From Chitinophaga sp. CB10 (GTDB lineage Bacteria > Bacteroidota > Bacteroidia > Chitinophagales > Chitinophagaceae): DNA of 64,000 nt. A model generated the notes under the pieces. The model was not told the DNA's origin. It saw only the letters and a list, made by a program, of their open reading frames with translations, and did no database searches. Numbering within the stretch: the first letter of the stretch is position 1; each line of letters starts with the position of its first letter. The DNA is taken from contig NZ_MLAV02000016.1 of assembly GCF_001870995.1 (NCBI RefSeq), positions 296 through 64,295 of the forward strand, written 5' to 3'. Shown piece by piece: positions 57,474-64,000 of this stretch. Made by a program: the position numbers and the translations under genes.

Positions 57474-57518
57474 TACCGCTACCCGTACGCTTTCCGTCAT
57501 TTATGAACCCAAACGCAG

Positions 57519-57552
57519 GCCTGTCAGCAATTCTGACAGGCTTCTTTTCTTT
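57519..57552 (+). terminator. Rho-independent terminator
   Basis: gcctgtcag / ctgacaggc with a 5-nt loop, followed by TTCTTTTCTTT. Confidence 0.65.
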
Positions 57553-57687
57553 GCCAAAAATCCGGTAACTTTATACCTTAATTCCTGTTCACAACTGCCC
57601 GCTTACTTAAGATGCTGCTAACCTGATGTGAATTACTTATACTCTAAATCTTAAGCGGACTGCACTTTAGTGAACACCTGACTTATT

Positions 57688-60567
57688 ATGGCAAAGAAAA
57701 AAGAGAATGTATCTGCTGCTTTAGCTCCACAGATCCCTTCAGATGACCATATCGCCGTGTACGGCGCAAGGGAGCATAATCTGAAAAATCTGGACCTGCA
57801 GTTGCCCAAAAACAAACTGGTTGTAATCACCGGCATCAGTGGCAGTGGAAAATCATCACTGGCTTTTGATACGATCTATGCGGAAGGCCAGCGCCGTTAC
57901 ATGGAGAGCTTTTCCGCCTACGCGCGCCAGTTCATCGGCGACATGGAAAGGCCCAATGTGGATAAAATCACCGGCCTCTCGCCCGTGATCTCCATCGAAC
58001 AAAAGACGACCAACAAAAACCCGCGTTCTACCGTGGGTACCATCACCGAGATATACGACTTTCTCAGGCTGCTGTTTGCGCGTGTAGGCGTGGCTTATTC
58101 CTACAACACCAACAAACGGATGACCCGCTTCTCCGAAGAAGAGATCATCGCGCACCTGTTTAAGCACTACAACAAAAAGAAACTCGTAATCCTCGCGCCG
58201 CTCGTGCGTGGCCGTAAAGGGCACTACCGCGAACTCTTTGAGCAGGTCCGCAAACAGGGCTACCTCAAAGTAAGGGTAGACGGGGAAATCATGGACCTGA
58301 AAGAACGTATGCAGGTAGACCGCTACAAGATCCACGAAATCGAACTCGTGATCGACCGCATACAGGTACAGGAAGATGCCCGCACCCGCATTAGCCAGAG
58401 CGTGCAGAAAGCGCTCACCATGGGCAAAGGCCTCCTGTTCATCCAGGACCATGACAGTGGAAAGGTGAGCCAGTTCAGTAAGCAGCTGATGTGTGAAGAC
58501 ACCGGCCTGTCCTACGAAGAGCCATCGCCCAACACCTTCTCCTTCAACTCGCCCTACGGCGCCTGCCCGCGCTGTAAAGGGCTCGGCACCATCTACCAGA
58601 TCAATATGGACGAGGTAATCCCGGATTACAGCGTATCCATCAACGACGGCGGCCTCAAACCACTGGGCGAAGCCCGCGATACCTTTACCTTCAAACAGGT
58701 ACAGCAACTCGCTAAAAAATATAAATTCTCGCTCTCCGCCCCGATCTCCGAGATCCCGCAGAAAGCGTTGAACATGCTGCTCTTCGGCGACGAAAACGGC
58801 ACGCTGGAAGCGGATGTGGATGTGGACGAAACCATCGACACCTCCAAGTACTCCGCTGATTTTGAAGGCGTGATCAACACCGTGCGCCGCTTTTTTAACG
58901 ATACCTCCTCCGACCATGTGCGCAACTGGGCGGAAAGCTTTATGCAGCTGGATACCTGCCCTGTGTGCGAAGGTACCCGGCTGAAAAAGGAAAGCCTCTA
59001 CTTCAAGGTGGACGAAAAAAATATCGCGGAACTGGGCAATATGGACCTGGATCAGCTGTATAAATGGTTCGCCAATATTGAGGACAGGCTGGAAAATAAA
59101 CAGAACGTAATCGCAAAGGATATCCTCAAGGAAATCCGCGAGCGGCTCGGCTTCCTGCTGAATGTAGGGCTCACCTACCTCACGCTTAACCGCGGCACGA
59201 GAACGCTGAGCGGGGGCGAATCCCAGCGTATCAGGCTGGCCACGCAGATCGGCTCCCAGCTGATGGGGATCACCTACATCCTGGACGAACCGAGCATAGG
59301 CCTGCACCAGCGGGATAACATGCAGCTGATAGACGCCCTGCGCAACCTGAAAGACATGGGTAATACCGTGATCGTCGTGGAACACGACAAGGACATTATG
59401 CTCCATGCGGATCACCTGGTAGATATAGGCCCGGGCGCCGGCGTACACGGCGGCCAGATCATCGCGGCCGGCACGCCAAAGGAAATCCTGAAGCTGAAAA
59501 CGCCTACTGCCGGTTATCTGAACGGTACCACCCTGCCGGAAATCCCGAAGGAGCGCCGCAAAGGCAACGGCAACTTCCTGGAACTGAAAGGCGCTACCGG
59601 CAACAATTTGAAGAATGTGAGCGTGAAATTCCCCCTGGGGACTTTCATCTGCGTTACCGGCGTTTCCGGCAGCGGCAAATCCACGCTGATCAACGAAACC
59701 TTATACCCGATCCTCTCCAAACATGCGTACGATTCCAAGATGGTACCCATGCCATACAAGAGCATCAAGGGATTGGAGCATATAGATAAAGTAATTGAGA
59801 TTGACCAGTCGCCGATCGGCCGTACTCCTCGCAGCAACCCGGCTACGTACTGCGGCTTCTTTACGGACATCCGCACCCTGTTTTCCCAGGTGCCGGAAGC
59901 GAAGATCCGCGGCTACAACGCCGGCCGTTTCTCCTTCAACGTAAAAACCGGCCGCTGCGACGTTTGTGAAGGCGGTGGTATGCGCGTGATTGAAATGAAC
60001 TTCCTCCCGGATGTATATGTGCCTTGTGAAAAATGCAATGGCCGCCGCTACAACCGGGAAACGCTGGAAATCCGCTATAAAGGCAAATCCATCTCCGATG
60101 TGCTGGACATGACGGTAGACGAGGCCGTGGAATTTTTCCAGGCCGTGCCATGGATATACCGCAAGATTAAAACCCTGCAGGACGTAGGTTTGGGATACAT
60201 CACCCTGGGGCAGTCCGCCGTAACCCTTTCCGGTGGCGAGGCGCAGCGCGTGAAGCTGGCGACCGAGCTGTCCAAAAAAGATACCGGTAAGACGATCTAC
60301 ATTCTTGATGAACCTACCACGGGCCTGCACTTCCAGGATATTCAACTGCTGCTGCAGGTACTGAACAAGCTGGTAGACAGGGGCAACACCGTTTTGGTGA
60401 TTGAACATAACCTGGATGTGATACAGATGGCGGATTATATCGTGGACCTGGGGCCGGAAGGCGGCGCCGGCGGCGGTAATATACTCTGTACCGGCACTCC
60501 TGAGCAGGTAAGTACCTGTAAAGACAGCCATACTGCCCGTTTTCTCAAAAAGGAGCTGGGAATTTAA
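57688..60567 (+). CDS. uvrA: Excinuclease ABC subunit UvrA
   Basis: Two ABC modules (GISGSGKSSLAFDTIYAEGQRRY; GVSGSGKSTLI), zinc fingers (CPRCKG, CPVCEG, CDVCEG..CEKCNG) and the LSGGE signature twice. Confidence 0.97.
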   Translation: MAKKKENVSAALAPQIPSDDHIAVYGAREHNLKNLDLQLPKNKLVVITGISGSGKSSLAFDTIYAEGQRRYMESFSAYARQFIGDMERPNVDKITGLSPVISIEQKTTNKNPRSTVGTITEIYDFLRLLFARVGVAYSYNTNKRMTRFSEEEIIAHLFKHYNKKKLVILAPLVRGRKGHYRELFEQVRKQGYLKVRVDGEIMDLKERMQVDRYKIHEIELVIDRIQVQEDARTRISQSVQKALTMGKGLLFIQDHDSGKVSQFSKQLMCEDTGLSYEEPSPNTFSFNSPYGACPRCKGLGTIYQINMDEVIPDYSVSINDGGLKPLGEARDTFTFKQVQQLAKKYKFSLSAPISEIPQKALNMLLFGDENGTLEADVDVDETIDTSKYSADFEGVINTVRRFFNDTSSDHVRNWAESFMQLDTCPVCEGTRLKKESLYFKVDEKNIAELGNMDLDQLYKWFANIEDRLENKQNVIAKDILKEIRERLGFLLNVGLTYLTLNRGTRTLSGGESQRIRLATQIGSQLMGITYILDEPSIGLHQRDNMQLIDALRNLKDMGNTVIVVEHDKDIMLHADHLVDIGPGAGVHGGQIIAAGTPKEILKLKTPTAGYLNGTTLPEIPKERRKGNGNFLELKGATGNNLKNVSVKFPLGTFICVTGVSGSGKSTLINETLYPILSKHAYDSKMVPMPYKSIKGLEHIDKVIEIDQSPIGRTPRSNPATYCGFFTDIRTLFSQVPEAKIRGYNAGRFSFNVKTGRCDVCEGGGMRVIEMNFLPDVYVPCEKCNGRRYNRETLEIRYKGKSISDVLDMTVDEAVEFFQAVPWIYRKIKTLQDVGLGYITLGQSAVTLSGGEAQRVKLATELSKKDTGKTIYILDEPTTGLHFQDIQLLLQVLNKLVDRGNTVLVIEHNLDVIQMADYIVDLGPEGGAGGGNILCTGTPEQVSTCKDSHTARFLKKELGI

Positions 60568-60591
60568 TATATTGCCATCGCAAATTTCAGC

Positions 60592-61068
60592 ATGAAAACG
60601 ATTTATAAACTGATAATCGCAGGCCTCTTCCTCGTGGGGATGGCGGCCTGCGAAAATGAAACCAAGGTCTGCGACCAGACGTTGCGCGCCGATGCGCACG
60701 TGGAGTTCCGCCGGGACAGCGCAGGCTTTGTATGGGACTCCACCTTCCGCGCCGTGACTACCCTGGCGCTGGACAAGGATACCCTCCTGAAAAATGTGCG
60801 TACCAACAACGTGTATTTTACCCTGGACCCCATGCATGATTCCAGTCGCTTTATGCTGCGGATCGACTCCCTGGTGGGTAAGGACACACTAACGTTCAGG
60901 TATAAACGAACACCGATGTTTATATCGCCGGGATGCGGTTTTGGCACTACTTTCCAGCTGGATACCGTCATCGCCACCAGGCACCTGATCGACTCGGTTA
61001 TAATTACTCAAAAGTCAGTAGTAAACAGCAATGATACGCACGTTCAACTTTTCTTTTATACTGAGTAG
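60592..61068 (+). CDS. Hypothetical lipoprotein
   Basis: Lipobox VGMAAC. 158 aa. It overlaps the next ORF by 38 nt. Confidence 0.5.
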   Translation: MKTIYKLIIAGLFLVGMAACENETKVCDQTLRADAHVEFRRDSAGFVWDSTFRAVTTLALDKDTLLKNVRTNNVYFTLDPMHDSSRFMLRIDSLVGKDTLTFRYKRTPMFISPGCGFGTTFQLDTVIATRHLIDSVIITQKSVVNSNDTHVQLFFYTE

Positions 61069-61834
61069 CTGCCTTTACTGCGGAACCCTGTTTGCGCAGA
61101 ACAAGCCAGTTGCCCCTGCCGCCAAACCGGCGAAAGACACGACGCGTCAGAGCGCTGTTAAAAAAATTACCGTCGCTCCTCCGAAGGACAGCTCCTGGCT
61201 GATTCCCGGCGGGCTGCGCCTGGGGGTGGACCTGGGCAGGATTGTGAATAACATTTACTATCCGTACCGCCAGGAGTACACCATCGTGGCCGATGCGCGC
61301 ATCAACGCACGTACGTACGCTGCCGTGGAAGTGGGTTATACCAATACGCCGCATTCCGATACCAATTACACATACAAAGGCAACGGGATGTTTGCCACGC
61401 TAGGGGTGGATTACAACTTCCTCAAACGCCAGTATGTGAATGAAAAGAACATGTTTTACGGAGGTATCCGTTACGGTATTTCACATTTTAACTACGAGGT
61501 GCCAACTTATACCATCCACTCGCCGTACTGGGGCGGGCAGCTTTCCGGCTCCTATCCCAAAACCAACGTCACGGCGCATTGGGCAGAGCTGGTGCTGGGT
61601 TTGAAAACGGAGGTTTTAAAAAATTTCTTCCTGGGCTGGAATGTGAGAACCAGGATACTGATGAACAGTGTGGAGAAGGATGGTTTCAAGCCGCTGACTA
61701 TCCCGGGATTTGGCAGCGGGTCTAAGCGTACGGTATTTGATATGCAATATACGGTTTCGTATGTGTTGCCGTTTTATAAGGTGCGCGAGCGGTATGTGCC
61801 GCCGAAGGTGAAGAAGGAGGTGTCGACGAGGTAA
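61031..61834 (+). CDS. Hypothetical exported protein, possibly an outer-membrane beta-barrel
   Basis: Signal peptide ending LFAQ. It has alternating aromatic/hydrophilic strands and an aromatic-rich C-terminal region (VSYVLPFYKV). Confidence 0.5.
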   Translation: MIRTFNFSFILSSCLYCGTLFAQNKPVAPAAKPAKDTTRQSAVKKITVAPPKDSSWLIPGGLRLGVDLGRIVNNIYYPYRQEYTIVADARINARTYAAVEVGYTNTPHSDTNYTYKGNGMFATLGVDYNFLKRQYVNEKNMFYGGIRYGISHFNYEVPTYTIHSPYWGGQLSGSYPKTNVTAHWAELVLGLKTEVLKNFFLGWNVRTRILMNSVEKDGFKPLTIPGFGSGSKRTVFDMQYTVSYVLPFYKVRERYVPPKVKKEVSTR

Positions 61835-61949
61835 ATGAAATAACTCCGGACCTCTTAAATTGCTGAAAAAGCCATTCACGGGATAAATTATTACAACAAA
61901 GGAGCCAATGGCTCCTTTATTTTTTTATATCCTTTATCGCCTGCATACC

Positions 61950-62393
61950 TTACGCCTTCAGCATTTCCACATGCGGGATATTATCTTCCAGGTACATATC
62001 GCTCACGGTTTCAAAACCCAGGGAGCTGTAAAACTTTTCAAGATATTGCTGCGCGCTGATGCGGATGGGTTGCCTGCCAAACTGCCGGTAGATCTGCTGG
62101 ATGGAGGCTTCCATCAACTCCCGGCCTGCGCCTTTCCCCCGCGCAAATGGAGCAGTAACGACCCTGCCAATGCTCGCTTCTGCGTACTTGATGCCTTTAT
62201 CAAATAAACGGGTGTAGGCAGCCAACCTGTTTTCTTCGTCGTATCCCATCAGGTGCAGGGCTTTCTGGTCCGCATAATCGAGGTCCTGGTAAGGGCAATT
62301 CTGTTCAACTACAAATACTTCCACGCGAAGCTGAATTATCGCGTACAGCGCTGATGTAGTCAGCTCGTCAAATGATTTTATCTCCCAGCGCAT
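61950..62393 (-). CDS. GNAT family N-acetyltransferase (ElaA-like size)
   Basis: The acetyl-CoA motif is RVVTAPFARGKGAGRELM. ATG 62393 (MRWEIKSFDELT) gives 148 aa. The longer track ORF overlaps the divergent neighbour. Confidence 0.75.
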   Translation of the reverse strand: MRWEIKSFDELTTSALYAIIQLRVEVFVVEQNCPYQDLDYADQKALHLMGYDEENRLAAYTRLFDKGIKYAEASIGRVVTAPFARGKGAGRELMEASIQQIYRQFGRQPIRISAQQYLEKFYSSLGFETVSDMYLEDNIPHVEMLKA

Positions 62394-62483
62394 AACCGTT
62401 GTTTTATTCACATAAAAATACGTGAACCTTTCAATAATCCTGTTATTTTTACCCCTGTATGCATCACTAAATAACAGATTAAC

Positions 62484-63974
62484 ATGGGAACCAATGCAGC
62501 CATGTTCCTCTCGCTGGAACACATTACCGTCAGATATCTTGATAAAACCATCTTTTCCAATCTCTCCTGGGACATTAAGGAAAACGAACAATGGGCCATT
62601 ACGGGGCCAAGCGGCTCCGGCAAAACGGCGTTGCTCAATACCATACTAGGTAAGTTTAACGTCATCAACGGCGGTATCCGGTATTACTTTTATGAGCAGT
62701 ACAGGCAAACGCATACCATCACCGATCCTTATTTCAATTACCGCAACCTGATAGCCTTCGTGGGGCATCATCATACCTTCAAAAACCTGTCGAACACCAC
62801 TACTGACTTTTATTACCAACAACGGTTCAACAGTATGGATGCTGATAACAGTCCTACCGTGGCCGAGCACCTGGGCATAACCGACATCCCCGCGCTGCTG
62901 GCGCCACTGAAACTGCAACCCCTGCTGGCGAAGCGGCTGATCAAGCTCTCCAACGGGGAAACCCGCCGGGTGATGATTGCCCACGGGTTGCTGAAAAGCC
63001 CGAAGCTGCTTATGCTGGATAACCCATACATCGGCCTGGATGTACAAACCCGCAAGGACTTTACCCAAATGGTAAACGAAATTATCAAGGGCGGCACCAC
63101 CGTGATACTCACGACCTCTCCACGCGAGATACCTGCGCATATTACACATGTAATGACGCTGGAAAACGGGACTATAACGGGCAAGTACACACGCGATGAA
63201 TTCCTGCAGCTCCCGCTGCCTGATGAATCGGCTGCAGACCTGCCGGTGATTGAAGCGGAAAAGATAGCATCCCTTACCAAACATATTGTTCCGCAGCAGT
63301 TCGAAGATATCATCCGCATGGAGCAGGTGAAAGTGAAGTACGGGGAAAACACCATCCTGGAAGATATTAACTGGACCGTGAAACCCAATGACAAATGGGC
63401 TTTGCTGGGGCATAACGGCGCCGGTAAATCCACCCTGCTCAGCCTTGTGAACGGGGATAACCCGCAGGCGTATGCCAATAAGCTATGGCTGTTTGACCGT
63501 AAACGCGGCAGCGGGGAAAGCATCTGGGATATCAAGAAAAAAATAGGCTTTGTTTCCCCGGAACTGCATCAGTACTTTACCGCCAGGGATAACAGCCTGC
63601 AGGTAGTATGCTCCGGGTTTTCCGATATTATAGGCAGCACCAGGCCAGCCACGGAGGAGCAGAAAGCCATTGCCGCCAGCTGGCTGGATATACTGGGCGT
63701 GGGCCATACGGCTTCCCAACCTTTCAAACAAATACCGGAAAGCAACCAGCGACTGGTATTGCTGGCGCGGGCGCTGGTAAAGAATCCGCCGTTGCTGATC
63801 TTCGATGAACCCTGCCAGGGGCTGGACCTGCAACAGAAAAACCATTTCAAGAAAGTGATAGAAGAGCTGTGCGAACATATGCCCGTTACGCTGATCTATG
63901 TGACGCATTATGAAGAGGAACTGCCTTCCTGCGTGAATAAATTCCTGCGGCTGGAAAGGGGGCACATGATATAA
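62484..63974 (+). CDS. ABC protein with two ATP-binding cassettes and no TM domain (ModF-like)
   Basis: Walker A twice (GPSGSGKTALL; GHNGAGKSTLL), signatures LSNGETRR and ESNQRLVLL, and Walker B twice (LLMLDNP and LLIFDEP). Confidence 0.8.
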   Translation: MGTNAAMFLSLEHITVRYLDKTIFSNLSWDIKENEQWAITGPSGSGKTALLNTILGKFNVINGGIRYYFYEQYRQTHTITDPYFNYRNLIAFVGHHHTFKNLSNTTTDFYYQQRFNSMDADNSPTVAEHLGITDIPALLAPLKLQPLLAKRLIKLSNGETRRVMIAHGLLKSPKLLMLDNPYIGLDVQTRKDFTQMVNEIIKGGTTVILTTSPREIPAHITHVMTLENGTITGKYTRDEFLQLPLPDESAADLPVIEAEKIASLTKHIVPQQFEDIIRMEQVKVKYGENTILEDINWTVKPNDKWALLGHNGAGKSTLLSLVNGDNPQAYANKLWLFDRKRGSGESIWDIKKKIGFVSPELHQYFTARDNSLQVVCSGFSDIIGSTRPATEEQKAIAASWLDILGVGHTASQPFKQIPESNQRLVLLARALVKNPPLLIFDEPCQGLDLQQKNHFKKVIEELCEHMPVTLIYVTHYEEELPSCVNKFLRLERGHMI

Positions 63975-64000
63975 TCTGTATATTCGCACCAGTTAATCAC

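Overview
This is a Bacteroidota-type chromosome segment. The evidence is repeated TAnnTTTG -7 promoter boxes, little Shine-Dalgarno usage, and GH92, ThuA, DUF1080 and SPOR gene content. A Chitinophagaceae-like origin is only an inference.

Positions 1 to ~16.97 kb are visibly more AT-rich than the rest (sampled 60-nt lines ~30-43% GC versus ~45-65%). They look like an integrative mobilizable element. It carries:
- AraC and TetR regulators;
- a Toprim primase-like gene and a MobA-like/relaxase/MobC-position mobilization block;
- a divergent XRE regulator next to a SWIM-zinc-finger protein and a degenerate-nucleotidyltransferase/HEPN fusion;
- a Crp/Fnr-flanked 7-gene cargo operon (GcvH-like protein without the lipoyl lysine, SAM methyltransferase, beta-carbonic anhydrase, small ORF, DUF983, SulP/STAS transporter, alpha-oxoamine synthase);
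- a large serine recombinase whose ORF runs antisense through tRNA-Pro(UGG) and that tRNA's terminator.

To the right of the element lie an atypical SDR, a second identical tRNA-Pro, tRNA-Ser, and dnaA with a candidate oriC. Next comes a DUF3127/SSB-like gene with an SSB-type DDLPF tail. Housekeeping genes follow (glyA, deoC, secA, uvrA, fabF), along with ABC and GntR operons.

Further right is an MFS / Gfo-Idh-MocA / TIM-barrel / cytochrome c / DUF1080 / ThuA / ThuA-PQQ-PKD-cytochrome c cluster, which I read as an oxidative 3-keto-sugar route. After it come two GH92 genes and a LacI regulator. An unexplained array of about six 84-bp tandem repeats sits between the LacI stop codon and a hairpin terminator.

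The best candidates for something undescribed are the SWIM + NT-like/HEPN module, the cargo operon, the recombinase/tRNA overlap and the 84-bp repeat array. All functional assignments come from motif recognition in the supplied translations; no database search was possible.
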